A stretch of DNA of 64,000 bases from Chiloscyllium plagiosum (GCF_004010195.1 NC_057735.1:43699698-43763697), one strand, 5' to 3'; positions 11,433-25,559 are shown, counted from the stretch's first letter. The notes: generated by a model not told the origin, from the letters alone. Made by a program: numbers and translations.

Positions 11433-13123
11433 GTATTAGATCAGGGTTGTATACTTCTTTACAATGACCAATGCTTATCTATTTTAAGTGGCCTGTTTTC
11501 CCCAGCTGTTTGCTCTGAGATATGTGAGATTTATTTGTGTGCCTCTCCTAGCTTTCTTTTCCAGTCATGGTACCTTTATTGCTATGATGCCCTATCAGAA
11601 CTCCAACCTTTATTTAAATTTCTGTCCTTTCGATCTGAATTACTGCACTTTTTAGGCTTCCTGCTTTGTCGGATTTCACGCACTTCTCAAGGTCTGGTCA
11701 GCTCAATGGCTTAACTCTGACTAGGGATCACTTCTACAGACTGATGTATCACAAGGCAACCTGTACCTCTGCCTCAGAGCAGCAGCTTTCCTTGGTTCTT
11801 GTGATTTCTGGAAAGTATGAACTCTTTCTGTTTCATTCTCTGAATTATTCTTCTGTGTTGGATTGCATGTCTCTGTAGTAGTTCACAGGAAATCAGACCC
11901 TGGAGTTGTCACAAATTTTAAAAATACATAAAATTCCTAATGTTTAGGAAATTCTAGTTAGACTGGAAAGGTGGTTATGCTCATCCATACAAGATCACTT
12001 TGGGCTTGAAGGAACCCAAAGTTGGCAGAAAGTACAGACCAGTTTCTGTACTTAACAAGGATTAGTATTTACCACAAGTAATTAGACTCTCACTACAGTA
12101 AACAGTTACGAACTATATTAGAATATATGTAAAACAACTCATTAAGATGCTAATCCCTTTATAAACTCCCCAATACATGCGCAAACACACAAAAACACAA
12201 ATATAGTCATGGACAAGGAAAAATTATGGGTTATGTATGGAAGGACAAACTGGGATAGTAATTTAGTGGTTCCTGTTTGCAAGGGTTGCTGAGATGATTC
12301 TTATGTTTTTCGGAACACTGTTTCTCAATCATCATTCTCCAGATACTTCCACTGGTTTTCAAGAGGCAGAGGGTGCCTGTGCACTGTTAAATTGACCCTG
12401 ATTTATCAATTGGAAGTCACAGCTGACAGTAACTGCTAAAGAAAAGATAGATTGATTTTCTTCAGGCTTAAAGTGGGTTTTATTGCAGAGAACAGAGATC
12501 TTCTGGGCTGGACGTGGTCTCAATAATTTCTCCGTATCTTGCTCACAGCACCAAGTGGTTCAGCTGCCTGAGACCCATACATGACGTTGGGAAGCAGGAG
12601 ACCTTTGTCATTGGTAACTGGTCACTCATCTACAAAACATCTGCTACACGTCAACCAAAGCCCATTTGTAGACAATCCTGCTGCTCCAGTTTCTTTGCAA
12701 CCACTGCTGTAACCCACAGCTGTGCAAAGCGTGTTCACAATGAATATCAAATTACCTTCTTTCAAACCATGCAGTATTCCACGGTTTTACAACAGTTCTT
12801 TTCTCACTTCAGTCCTCAATTTTCAAAAAACTCAAAAATTGCATGTTGCCACAAGGTTTGTGGGGCTTGGTATCTTCAACAATTAGCAGTATCTGTTTCA
12901 CTTGGCGCTTTCTGGAATACCAGCATGTTTGTTCTTTGCTTTTTCTTGAATTCCAATTTCTCTTAGATGCGCTATTTAGAGGCAGTATTGGTCACTGCTG
13001 TGCACTATACAGTGGCAGGGGCCCACTATTGCTAGCTTGTGGTGCTTGTGGGTTCCTTCAAGCCCAAAGTGATCTTGTATGGATGAACATGACCACTTTT
13101 CCAGTCTAATTAGAAGGTCTTGG

Positions 13124-13460
13124 GATGGCACAGTGGCTCAGTGGTTAGCACTGCTGACTCACCGCGCCAGCGACCCAAGTTCGATTCCAGCCTCGGGTGG
13201 CTGTCTGTGTGGAGTTTGCACATTCTCCCGTATCTGTGTGGGTTTCCTCTGGGTGCTCCGGTTTCCTCACACAGACCAAAGATTTGCAGGCTAGGTGAAT
13301 TGGCTAAATTGCTGATAGCATTCAGGGATGTGTAGGTTAGATGTATTAGTCAGGGGAAATGTAGAGTAATAAGGTAGGGGAATGGGTCAGGGTGGGTTAC
13401 CCTTCAAAGGATAGATGTGGACTTGCTGGACCAAATAGCCTGTAGGGATTCTATGATTCT
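13124..13460 (+). mobile_element. HE1-type V-SINE
   Basis: A/B-box head, V domain, (attctatg) tail. Confidence 0.9.
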
Positions 13461-13720
13461 GTGATGAACATCATGAAGTTTACAAATAAGTGTCAGCCAT
13501 TTGTTGGTCCATTTCGCAGAACAATGACTTGACCAATAAGAGTCAACCTGACGGGATTAAAATGTAATCTAAACCTGGCTGTTTCCTGTCAATCATCATT
13601 AATTGGTGCATTCCCCACACCAACACCTCAGCCAATCGGGCTTCACCTGTTAGCTAATTAGCACTCTCCTCTCATGTGTCATAAATATTGGTTTTCCCTT
13701 TTAATTGTTATTCCTACAAA

Positions 13721-13756
13721 TTGTCCTGATGAATGTAAGATGAAAAGTTTTGACAA
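13721..13756 (+). ncRNA. Degenerate minimal type I hammerhead motif
   Basis: TTGTC-CTGATGA-atgtaagat-GAAA-agtt-TT-GACAA, with a 5-bp stem I. Confidence 0.5.
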
Positions 13757-13829
13757 AAATGTGTTTTGTAAAGATATACTCAAATATGAAGGTTATTGCA
13801 TTACTGTGGTAGTTTGAGCTTTTCTTTTT

Positions 13830-14155
13830 GTCACAGGATGTCAGCACCACTGGCTAGGCCAGCATTTATTGCTCATTCATAAATGCCCAGAAGGCAGTTA
13901 AGACTTAACCAATTGCCTTGGGTCTGGAGTCACATGTAGGCCAGGCTAGGTAAGGATGGCAGTGTCCTTTCCTGAAGGACATTAGTGAGCCACATGGGTT
14001 TTTCTGACAATGAACAATGGTTTACATGGTCATCATTAGTCTTTTAATTTCAGTTGTTTTTATTGATTCCATCATGTGTTATGGCAGGATTTAAGCCCAG
14101 GTCCCCAGGGCATTACCAAGGCCATTGGATTAATAACTAGGCCATCACCTCCCCA
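13830..14155 (-). mobile_element. Second SINE family (tail shared with the LINE at 21.6-22.1 kb; possibly MetaSINE-like)
   Basis: Core cactaatgtccttcaggaaagga...acatgtgactccagaccc and tail caataaatgctggcctagccagtg. Another copy is at ~51020-51290 (+). Confidence 0.6.
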
Positions 14156-14269
14156 AATCTGAATGTGACCTACATTACAACAGAGACTGTCAGGAGCACA
14201 CTAGCCCCAGGTGCGTCTCCTACAAGTTCCTTTTTTGACTCAGATCAAGTCTGCACTGCACTCAGATAT

Positions 14270-14790
14270 AAGAAAATATGAAGTAGGAGAAAATGTAGGC
14301 CATTTGGCCCTTCAAACCTGCTCCACCATTCAACAGTATCATGGCAGATCTGTCGTGTTTCAAGTTCCATGTTGCTATTGCCTCCTGAGAACCTTTGATG
14401 CCCCAGTCTAACAAAAATTCCTGTCTTAAAAATATTCAATAACCACTACCTCGACAGGCAGAGAGCTCTAAGATCAAAACCCTCTGAGTGAAAAAAAAAA
14501 ATTTCTCAAATGGGTGATCCTTAATTTTAAAATAGTGTCTCTTTGTCTGGACTCACTCACAAGAGGAAACATTAATTCCATATCCACCTTGTCAAGAGCA
14601 TTCAGGGTCTTACAAACTTCACTCAAGTCATCCCTCACTCTAGTAAACTCCAGTGAACACAAGCCAAATCTGCCCAACCTTTTCCTGACAAGACAACCTA
14701 CTTATACTAAGCATTAATCTAATAAACCTCCTTTGAATTATGTTTAATACATTCACAACCTTCCTTAAATAAGTAGACCAAAACTGCACA
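14270..14790 (-). mobile_element. CR1 LINE 3' fragment
   Basis: VQFWSTYLRK...IQRRFIRLM and GLCSLEFTRVRDDL ORFs. Confidence 0.8.
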
Positions 14791-15021
14791 CCCAGACCCA
14801 CCCTATCCCCATTACCCTGCATTTCCCATGGCCAATCTGCCTATCCTGCACATCCCTGGGCACTCTGGGCAATCTACCATGGCTAATCCACACATATTTG
14901 GAATATGGGAGGGAACCGGAGCACCCAGAGGAAACTCACACAAACACAGGGAAAGCGTGCAAACTCCACACAGTTGGTCCCTGATACTCTGAAGCAGCAG
15001 TGCTAGCCACTGGGCCACCAC
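14790..15021 (-). mobile_element. HE1-type V-SINE (partial)
   Basis: Reverse-complement head gtggtggcccagtggctagcactgctg. Confidence 0.85.
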
Positions 15022-17316
15022 TCCACCATTTATTTGTAATTAACAATAGTCTTTGTTCAGTACAACAACCTAGTCAGTGGTTCCAGTTAACTTGATTCCA
15101 ACAGCCAGGTAAATCAAATACTGAAACCAACAAAAGCTCAAATCGAGGACTTTGTATTAAATTAGGTCATTGGATAATTATTAGATACTAAGATCATTAA
15201 CGTCATAGCAGCCCCAGGAGTAGCGGAGCTTGAGAATTAATCCATTTTTCCAAGTGGCTCGTAACATTTTCCAACAAGGTCAACTAACTGCCTTATACTC
15301 TCATTTAAAAAAAGAACCATGTTAAGTGAGCTATATCTCTCCATCCAGGTCAGTATAGGTGAAATCCAGGGGTTGTGAACAGAATACATATCAAGATTTT
15401 CCAGTGGAACTCATGGGGCTCTTTCAGAAACTTCAGGTGGATAACATGTGTTCCAGGACTTGTTAATCTATTTTCAGATAGCTTGCTACTTTAAACAGGA
15501 CAACTTGCATGCCAAACACATATACAGTAAGAGAATGACAGAGCTAAGTAATCCCACAAACAGTGGATCAGATCTAAGTTCTGCAGTCCTGCCATATCCA
15601 ATCATGAATGGTGTTGGACAATTAAACAACCCACTGGGGAGATTCACAATATCTCCATCATCAATGATGGAAGAGCCAAGCACATAGGTGCGATAGATAA
15701 GACTAAAGCAGAAGTGTAATTGGATGATCCATCTCAGCCTCCTCCAGTGGTCCTCACCATCACAGATGTCAGTCTTCAGCCAATTCGATTCACTCTATGT
15801 GATATCAACAAACAGTTAGAGACACTGGATATTGCAAAGGCTATGGGCCTTGACAACATTCTGGCAATAGTACTGAAGACTTGTGCTCCAGAATTTGCTG
15901 CTCCCTGAGCCAAGTACAGTACAGTTTCAGTACAGTTACAACTCTGGCATCTAACCGACAATGTGGGAAATTACCCATGTACGTCCTATAAACAAATGAA
16001 GTATTAATCCAATTACCGCCCCATCGGTCTACTCTCAATCATCAGTAAAGTGATGGAAGACGTCATTAACAGCGCTAACAAGCAGTACCTACTCAGCAGG
16101 TTGCTTAGTGATGCCCAGTTTGGGTTCTGCCAGGGCCACTCAGTTCCTGGTCTCATCACAGCCTTGGTTCAAACATGGACAAAAGAGCTGGATTCCAGAG
16201 GGGAGGGGAGAGGGACAGCCCTTGACATCAAAGCAGTAATCAACCCAATGTGGAATCAAGGAGTCCTAGCAAAACTGGAATCAATGGGTAGCACTCTCTA
16301 GTGATTGGAGTCATACCTGGCACATAGAAAGATGGTTGTGGTTGTTGGAGGTCAGAGATCTCAGCTCCAGAACACCTCTGCAGAAGTTCTTCAAGATAGT
16401 GTCCTCGGCCCAAACATCTTCAACTGCTTCATCAATGACCTTCCCTCCATCATAAAGTCAGAAGTGGGGGTGTTTGTCAATGATTGCATAATGTTCTGCA
16501 GCTTTAGCAACTTCTCAAATACTGAACTAACTGATGTTCAAATACAACAAGATCTCGACAATATCCAACTTTGGGCTGACAAGTGGCAAGTGACATTCAC
16601 ACCATACAAATGCCAAATAATGACCATCTCCAATAAGACACAATCTAACCACCGCCCCTTGATATTTAATGGCATTACCATGACTGAATACCCCCCTAAC
16701 AATATCTTGGGGCTTACATTTACCAGAAACTCAACTGGATTCACCATATAAATACAATGGCTGCAAAAGCAGGTCAGAGGCTAGGAATACTGTGTTGGAT
16801 AACTCACCTCCTGACTCCCCAAACCCTGTTCTCCATCCACATGGCACAAGTCAGGAGTGTGAACATTGAACATAGAACGTTACAGCACGGTACAGGCCCT
16901 TTGGCTCTCGATGTTGCACCGACCTGCAAAATTAAACTGATGCCCATCTAACCTAGACCGTTCCGTTATTATCCATATGTATGTCCAATGCCCCATTTAA
17001 ATGCCCTTAACATCAGCGAGTCTCCTCCTGTTGCAGGCAGGCCGTTCCACACCCCTACTACTCTCTGAGTAAAGAAGCTACCCCTGATACCTGTCCTAAA
17101 TCTACCACCCCTCAATTTAAAGCTATGCTCCCTCATGTTAGCCTTCAGCATCCGAGGAAAAAGGCTGTCACTGTCCAGCCTATCTAACCCTCTGATTATC
17201 TTGTACGTCTCGATTAAGTCACTTCTCAACCTTCTTCTCTTCAATGAAAACAGCCTCAGTTCCCTCAGCCTTTCCTCTTTAGACCTTCCCTCCATTCCAG
17301 GCAACATCCTAGTAAA

Positions 17317-17792
17317 TGCAAGGTTTGTGAAGTTTTGTAGCTCAGGTTGAGGTTTAGGGTGTAGGTTTGGTCACTGAGCTGTAGGTTTGATATCCAGATG
17401 TTCCATTACCTGGCTAGGTAACATCAGTGGCGACCTCCAAGTGAAGCGAAGCTGTTGTCTCCTGCTTTCTATTTATATCTTTCTCCTGGATGGGGTTCCT
17501 GGGTCTATCCTGGGACAGGCTAAGCAAAGACATGCCAGAGAATTCCTAGAGGCCTGGCACTCCAACCACAACGCCATAAACAAACACATAGATCTAGATA
17601 CCATCTATCAACCCCTCAGAAAACAAACAGGAAATGACATCATCACAAACCCCAGGAACCCCATCCAGGAGAAAGATACAAATAGAAAGCAGGAGACAAC
17701 AACTTCGCTTCACTTGGAGGTCGCCATTGATGATGTTACCTAGCCAGGTCTGGATATCAAACCCACAGCTCAGCGAGCAAACCTACACTCTA
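17317..17792. mobile_element. Penelope-like insertion (family D): inverted terminal repeats plus GIY-YIG C-terminal fragment, 11-bp TSD
   Basis: ORF ILGQAKQRHAREFLEAWHSNHNAINKHIDLDTIYQPL. atcctagtaaa occurs at 17306-17316 and 17793-17803. Confidence 0.85.
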
Positions 17793-18399
17793 ATCCTAGT
17801 AAACCTCCTCTGAACCCTTTCCAAAGCTTCCACATCCTTCCTATAATGCAGTAACCAGAACTGTATGCAGTTCTCCAGGTGCTGCCTTACCAGTGACTTG
17901 TACAGCTGAAGCATGATCTCATGGCTCCGAAACTCAATCCCCCTACCAATAAACGCCAACACACCATATACCTTAACAACCCTATCATCCTGGGTGACAA
18001 CTTTCAGGGATTAATGCATCTGGGCACCGAGATCTCTCTGTTCATCTACACTGCCAAGAATTTTACCATTAGCCCAGTACTCTGCATTCCTGTTACTTCT
18101 TCCGAAGTGAACTACCTCACACTTTTCCATATTAAACTCCATTTGCCATTTCTCAGCCCAGCTCTGTATCTTATCTATGTCCCTCTGCAACCCACAACAG
18201 CCTTCGGTACTATTCACAACTCTGCCTATCTTAATGTCATCTGCAAATTTACTAACCCATCCTTCAATGTCCACCTCCAGATCATTTATAAAAATGACAA
18301 ACAGCAGTGGCACTAAAACAGATCCTTGCGGCACACCACTGGTAACTGAGCTCCAGGATGAACATTTTCCATCAACTACCACACTTTGTCTTCTTTCAC

Positions 18400-18660
18400 A
18401 GAATCCCTACAGTATGGAAACAGACCATTTGGCCCAACGAGTCCACACTGACCTTTTGAAGAGTAACCCATTCCCCTAACCTATTACTCTACATTTACCT
18501 CAACTAATGCACCTAACCTGCACAGCTTTGGACTGTGGGAGGAATCCGGAGCACCCACGCAGAATGTGCAAACTCCACTCAGTCACCCGAGGCTGGAATC
18601 GAACCCAGGTCCCTAGCGCTTTGAGGCAGCAGTGCTAACCACTGAGCCACCATGCCGCCC
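18400..18660 (-). mobile_element. HE1-type V-SINE nested in CR1
   Basis: Reverse-complement head gggcggcatggtggctcagtggttagc. Confidence 0.9.
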
Positions 18661-21600
18661 TAGTTAGTGAATTTCTGATCCAAACCACTAAATCACCTTC
18701 AATCCCAAAACTCCTTATTTTATGCAATAGCCTACAGTGTGGAACCTTATCAAATGCCTTACTGAAGTCCATATACACTACATCAACTGCCTTACCTTCA
18801 TCCACTTGTTTTGTCACTTCTCAAAGAACTCAATAAGGTTAGTGAGGCACAATCTACCCTTCACAAAACCATGTTGACTATTCCTAATCAAATTATTCCT
18901 TTCTAGATGATTATAAATCCTATTTCTTATAACCATTTCCAACACCTTACCCACAACCGAAGTAAGGCTCACTGGCCTATAAATACCAGGATTGCCCTGA
19001 CTCCCCTTATAAAACAAAGGAACAACATTTGCTATCCTCCAGTCTTCTGGCACTACTCTTGTCAAAAATGAGGACTTAAAGATCGAAGCCAAAGGCTCTG
19101 CAATTTCCACCCTGGCTTCCCAGAGAATCCGAGGGTAAACCCCATCCGGCCCAGGGGTCTTACCTATTTTCAGATCTTCCAAAATTACTAAAGCCTTCTC
19201 TTTGTCAACCTCAATCTCATCTAATCTTGTAGCTTGTATCTCTGCATTCTTACTAACATTTCCCTTTTCCAATGTGAATACTGATGAAAATAATTCATGA
19301 AGCACTTCCCCTGTGTCCTCAGATTCCACACACAATGTCCCACTATTATCTTTGGTTTGCCCTTATCTTACTTTAGTCATTCTTTTATTCCTGATATTCC
19401 TATAGAAGGCTTTTGGGTTTTCCTTGATCTCATCTGCCAACTAATACTTATGCCTCCTCCTGGCTCTTCTTAGCCCTCTCTTTAGATCTTTTCTGGCTAA
19501 CTTATAACTCTCAAGCCCCCTAACTGAGCCTTCATGCCTCATCCTCACATGAGACTTCTTCCTCTTGACAAGAGCTTCAACTTCTTTAGTAAACCATAGC
19601 TCCTTCTCTCGACAACTACCTCCCTGCCTGACCGGTATATACTTATCAAGAACCCCCAGTAGCTGTTCCTTGAGTAAGCTCCACATTTCAAGAGCGTTCA
19701 TCCCCTGTAGTTTCCTTCCCCATCCTATGCATCTTAAATCTTGCCTAATCAAATCATGATTGCCTTACCCCAGTTATACCTCTTTCCTTGGGGTATATAC
19801 CTAAACCAGCCCATTGCTACTGTAAACATAATCGAATTGGGGTCACTATCACCAAAGTGCTCACCTACCTCCAAATCTAACACCTGGCCGGGTTAATTCC
19901 CCAGTATCAAATCCAATATGGCATCGCTCTTTGTTGGCCTGTCTCAGTACTGTGTCAGAAAACCCTCCTGCACACGTTGAACAAAAACTGACCCATCTAA
20001 ACTACTTGAACTATGGTATTCCCAGTCAATATTGGGGAAGTTAAAGTCCACCATAACAACTACCTGTTACTCTTGCTCCTATTGAGAATCATCTTTACTA
20101 TCCTTTCCTCTACATCCCTGAAATAGTTTGGAGGCGTACAGAAAACTCCCAACAGGGTGACCACTCCTTTCCTGTTTCTAACCTCAGCTCAAACTACCTC
20201 ATTGCATGAGTCCTCAAACTACCCTTGATTAATAATGCCACGCACCACCCTCTTTTAACATCTTCTCTGTTCTTGCTGAAACATGTAAACCCCGGAATCT
20301 GCAACAACCATTCCTGTCCCTCCTCTAGCCATGTCTCTGAAATGGCCACAACATCGAAATCCCAGCTACCAACCATGCTGCAAGTTCATCCACCCTATTC
20401 TTGATGCTCCTGGCATTGAAGTACACACATTTCAAACCAACACCCTGATTGCCAGTGCCCTCACGCGACCTTGTAAACCTATCCCTGACTTCACTATCCT
20501 CAACCCCCTGTACACTGGAATTATAATTCAGGTTCCCATCCCCCAGCTGCTTTAATTTAAATCCACCTGAAGAGCATTAGCAAATTTCCCCCCAGGATAT
20601 TGGTACCCTTCTGGTTCAGGTGAAGACCATCCTGTTTGTAGAGGTCCCACCTACACCAGAAAGAGACCCAATTATCCAAGAATCCAAAACCCTCCCTCCT
20701 GCACCATCCATGAAACTACGTGTTCAGCTCCACTCTCTCCCTATTCCTTGCTTCGCTAACACGTGGCGCCAGAGATGATAACTCTGTCTGTTCTAGCTCT
20801 AAGTTCCATCCTAGCTCCCTGAATTTCTGCCTTAGATCCCCACCTTTCTTCCTACCTATGTTGTTGGTGCCCATGTGACCACGTCTTGGGGCTGCTCCCC
20901 CTCTCCCTCAAGGATCCCGAAAACATGATCATAGACATCGCGAACCCTGGCACCCGGGAGGCAACACGCCAATCGTGAGTCTCCCTTGTTCCCACAGAAC
21001 CTCCTATCTGTCCCCCTAACTATGGAGTCTCCAATGACTAAAGCTCTGCTCCTCTTTCCCCTTCCCCCTTCCCTTCTGAGCAACAGGGACAGACTCTGTG
21101 CCAGAGACCTGTGCCCCACTGCTTACTCCGGTAAGTCGTCCACCCAACAGTATCCAAAATCATATACTTGTTGAGGGGAATCACCACAGGAGATCCCTGC
21201 ACTGCCTGCCGGTTCCCTTTCCTACCCCTGACGGTAACCCATCTACCTTCTTCATGTGACTGTGGAGTAACTACCTCCCTGTATCTCCTCTCAATAACCT
21301 CTTCCGTCTCCTGAATGATCCGAAGTTCATCCAGCTCCAGCTCCAGTTCCCTGACACGGTTCTCAAAGAGCTGGAGTTGGGTGCACTTCCCACAGATGCA
21401 GTCAGCAGGGACACAAGAGATGACCCTTACCTCCCACATACTGCGAGAGGAACATTCAACTGCCCTAACCTCCATACCCACTATCTAAATTCAAAAATAG
21501 ACTGCCGGAAAAAGAAATGAAACACAAAAGAAAGCACTTGTCACCTGACCAACATAAGCATAGAACTTCTCCTTTGTTTTGAGGAGGAGGAGGAGGACAG

Positions 21601-23169
21601 TGGGAGACACTACCAAGTAGTGTTTCAGGTAAAGATGGAATATTCTCCACTTGCCTGGATGGGTGCAGCTCCAACAACATTCAAGAAGCTTCCTGGGGAA
21701 AGCAACCTGATTGATTGACACCACATCTACAAACTCCCACTCCCTCCACCACTGATGCTCAATAGCAGCAGTGTGTATTATCTACAAGATGCACTACAGA
21801 AATCCACCAAAATTCCTCAGACAGCATCTTCCAAACCATCAACCACTTCCATCTAGAGGGACAAAGGCAGCATATACCTAAGAACACGACCACATGTTCC
21901 CCTCCAACCCACTCACCACCCTGATTTGGAAATATATCACCATTCCTTCACTGTTGCTGGGTCAAACTCCTGGAATGCCCTTCCTAAAGGCATTATGGGT
22001 CTACTACAGTATGTGGATTGCAGTGGTTCAAGAAGGAAGCTCATCACCACCTTCTCAAGGACAACTAGGGATGAGCAATAAATGCTGGCCCAGCCAGTGA
22101 CATCCACATCCCACAAATGCATAAAAATATTCTACAGAGAGTTCAGAGAGAGCCCGTCCTGCATCAGTCATTGGGGGAAAGGGATCACAATAGATTCTTA
22201 AGCAGTAACAGATCAAAGCATGCAGGGAGAAGGCAGGGGAATGGGCTTGAGAAACATATCACCCATGATCGAATGGCAGAGCAGACTCAAAGGACCAAGT
22301 GGCCGAATTCTGATGTAACCACCACAGAGGGACTTCAGCAGTATAAGAAGGTGGCTTACTGTCTCCTTCTCACAGAATTAATGATGAGCAACAAATACTC
22401 ACCCAGCTATCAACACTAACATTCTAAGAATGATTGAATTTTTATTTCAAAAGTTCAAATTGTAACACATAAGTCCCTGTCTCCTAAAGTCGCATATGAT
22501 GAAAGGTATATGAGACTTTGAACCACAGAATCAATAATGAATTCGGTTGCAACTAACATGCTCACTGACAACACGAACTGATTAATTGCCAGATTGAGTA
22601 AGTTGTTGCCATAAATCTGATTTCAGTACCTACACATGAAGATGAGGGGGAGAAAGCTGTTGTTACCTTTATCATCGATTTTGTATCGTTTCCTGAAAGG
22701 CCATTAACAATCCCTGGATATGAAGAGTATATTATTTCAGCAGTTAGAAGCCTAGAGGGATTAGCTCATGCAGCATTTCTATCACATCTCATGATTGCTC
22801 TGAGCTGTGCAGTAGCCTTTACAAAGTGAACTTGGACTGAGGTGGATCTCTGATTCTTCGCAGACGTTGCAGTGTTCCTCATGTCAATGTTCCAGGGTGC
22901 AGGTATAGATTAATGAAAGCAGCTTTCAGTCAATATCATCCCATTCTCTCTCATCGAGACTCCTGCTAAATGTACTTATAGTGTATGCAATGCAATGCAG
23001 ATCAGAATGGCTCCAGCTGCTATCTCTGCTTGTTTTCTATTCATTGTTGAGTCTAGGGAAGGGTGACTATGCTGAAGAGAGTTGTTGACGTTCTGGCCAA
23101 GTGTCCATTATTCACATACAGCCCAACTACATGGAGAATCCTGCCTGAGACTGTCATATCATCTAGGTA

Positions 23170-24190
23170 TGAAATAGCTCATTGAGTCTGCTCCACCATT
23201 CGACAATGGCTGATACATTTCTCAAACCCCATTCGCCTGCCTTCTCCCCATAATCCTTGATCCTCTTTACTGATCAAGAAGCGATCTACCTTTGTCTTAA
23301 AGACACTCAATGACTTGGTCTCTACAGCCTTCTGTGACAATGAGTCCCACAGATTAACCACCCTCTGGCTGAAAAGACTTCCTCTCATCTCAGTTCTAAA
23401 GGGTTGTACCATCACTCTGAGGCTGTGCCCATAGGTCCTGGTCTTTCCTCGTGCTGGAAACATCTTCTCAATGTTTACGGTATCCAATCCTCTCAGTATT
23501 CTGTAAGTTTCAATCAGATCCTCACTCATCCTTCTAAATTCCATCATATGTACAGACTCAGAGTCCTCAACTGCTCCTCATACGACAAGCCCTTCATCCC
23601 CGGCAACATTCCTGCAAACCTCCTCTGGAACCCCTCCACTGCCAGCACATCCTTCCTTCAATACACAGCCCAAAAATGCTCAGAATATTCCAAATGCAAT
23701 CTGACCAGAGCTTACTACAGCCTCAGCAGTTATATTCCTGTTCTTGTATTGTAGCCCTCTCAAAATGAATGCTAAGGTTGCATTTGCCTTCCTACCTGCC
23801 AACTGAACCTACATGTTAACCTTAAGAGAATCCCAAAATAGGACTTTGAAGAACCTTTGGGCTTCAGATTTCTGAGGTCTTTCTCCATTTAGAAAATAGT
23901 CTACATCTCTATTCTTCCAACAAAATGCATAATCTCACACTCTCCTACATTGTATTTCATCTGCTACTTCTTTGCCCACTCACCTAGCGTCCCCAAGTCC
24001 TTCTGCAGCTTCCCCGCCTTTTCGACATTACCTGTCCCTCCATCTATCTTTGTGTCATCTGCAAACTTAGCAATAATGTCCTCAGTTTCTCCGTCCAGAT
24101 CATTAATGTATAAAATGAGCAGTTGTGGTCCCTGCAGAACCCCATTACTCACCGGCTGCCATCCTGAAAAAGATCCATTTTTATCCCCAA
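23170..24190 (-). mobile_element. CR1 LINE RT/3' fragment
   Basis: LYINDLD...KFADDTK; QRVVNLWDSL. Confidence 0.85.
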
Positions 24191-24357
24191 TTCTGGACGC
24201 ACTGGTTACAAAGGTCCAACAACGTCTCTTCTTCTTCAGGCAGCTGAGAACATTTGGCATGATGGCGAATACCCTTGCCAACTTTTATAGCTGTGCCATC
24301 AAGAGCATTCTGTCTGGATGTATCACTACGTGGTGTGGCAACTGTACCATTCAAGAT
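24190..24357 (+). mobile_element. Rex1/Babar-like LINE fragment
   Basis: KVQQRLFFFRQLRTFGM...NFYSCAIKSILSGCITTW. Confidence 0.7.
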
Positions 24358-25160
24358 TGGCAAATACAATATAATGTGGATAAATGAGAGGTTATCCTCT
24401 TTGGTTTTGAAAACAGAAAGACAGATTATTATCTGAATGGTGCCAGTTTAAGAAAAGGTGAGGTGCAATGAGACCTGTGTGTCTTGGTGGAACAGTCACT
24501 GAAGGTTGGCACGCAGGTGCAGCAGGTGGTGAGGAAAGCTAATGGCATGCTGGCCTTCATAGTGAGGGGATTTGAGTATCAGAGTAAGGATGTCTTGCTG
24601 CAGTTATGCAGTACAGGGTCAAGAGTGTGGTGCTGGAAAAGCACAGCAGGTCAGGCAGCATCCGAGGAGCTGGAAAATTGACACTTCGGGCAAAAGTCTT
24701 ACATCATTCCTGATGAAGGCCTTTTGCCTGAAGCATTGATTTTCTTGCTCCTTGGATGCTGCCGGACTTGCTGTGCTTTTCCAGCAACACACTCTTGAAT
24801 CTAATGTCCAGCATCTGCAGTACCCGCTTTCACGCAGTTGTACAGGGCTTTGGTGAGGTCATACTTTTGAGTATTGTGTGCAGTTTTGGTCTCCTAGTCT
24901 GAGGAAGGATATTCTTGCTCCTGAGGGAGCCCAGCGAAGGTTCACCAGACTGATTCCCGGGATGGCAGGACTGACATATGAAGAAAGGCTGGATCGACAG
25001 GGCTTGTACTCACTGGAATTTAGAAGAATGAGGGGGACATGGCATAGCAACATATAAAATCCTGATGGGACTGTACAGGCCAGATACAGGAGGAATGTTC
25101 CCGACGTTGGGGAAGTCTGGAACTGGGGTCAAGGTCTGAGAATAAGGGGTAAGCCACTCA
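24357..25160 (+). mobile_element. CR1 LINE fragment with nested family A palindrome (~24617-24833)
   Basis: QVQQVVRKANGMLAFIVRGFEY. Nested inverted arms tgctggaaaagcacagcagg / tgctgtgcttttccagca. Confidence 0.85.
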
Positions 25161-25559
25161 GGCTTCCCACTAACCTTCACCACATTGTATGTTTGGAGGG
25201 AGCCTTGAGTCGATGGTAGTATTCCCATGCACCTGCTGGCATTGTCCTTCTAGCTGTGAGTGGCCACAAGGTGGGAAGGTGCCTTGTTATGAGAAGCAGT
25301 ATCTTGCGAATTCAGAGTCTGAGTCACAAAGAATCCAAGAACGGCATCAGTGTGCAGGAATGGAGACTTTATAAGTTTATGACAAATGAAAATATGAATC
25401 AAAAAGCATTTAAATCATTTTGATAATATTTTATGATGACAAGTGACCAGTTTTGACATTTATCCACTTGAGTCCGTTCCAATACTAACTGACCTAGGCA
25501 TCACCCTTGAAGAGACTGTTTAACATGCTGGCACCTGTCTAGATTTAGATTTTATTAAT

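Larger units (their letters stand above)
16863..21633 (-). mobile_element. Near full-length CR1 LINE (5' UTR, ORF1 zinc finger/coiled coil + SGNH esterase, ORF2 APE-RT, 3' tail), disrupted
   Basis: ORF1 VECSS...CICGKCTQLQLFENRVRELE and ALVIGDSIVRG; EN DVVAISETW; RT PGPDG, YRPVSLTS, QHGF, YMDFSKAFD, GVPQGSVL, FADD. Confidence 0.92.
15520..22120 (+). mobile_element. Second LINE family (CR1/L2/Jockey group RT), split into 15520-16862 and 21634-22120 by a CR1 insertion
   Basis: RT motifs AQFGFCQGHS, ALDIKA, QDSVLGPNIFNCFINDL, QQDLDNIQLWADKWQVTF. The host sequence caagtcaggagtgtg|atggaatattctcc is continuous across the insert. Confidence 0.85.

Noticed and set aside
12514-13109. 150-aa and 88-aa ORFs
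   Set aside because: No recognisable motifs; they lie in probable decayed LTR-element sequence.
13124-13200. tRNA gene (also at the other SINE heads)
   Set aside because: A/B boxes continue directly into the HE1 V domain and LINE tail, so these are SINE heads.
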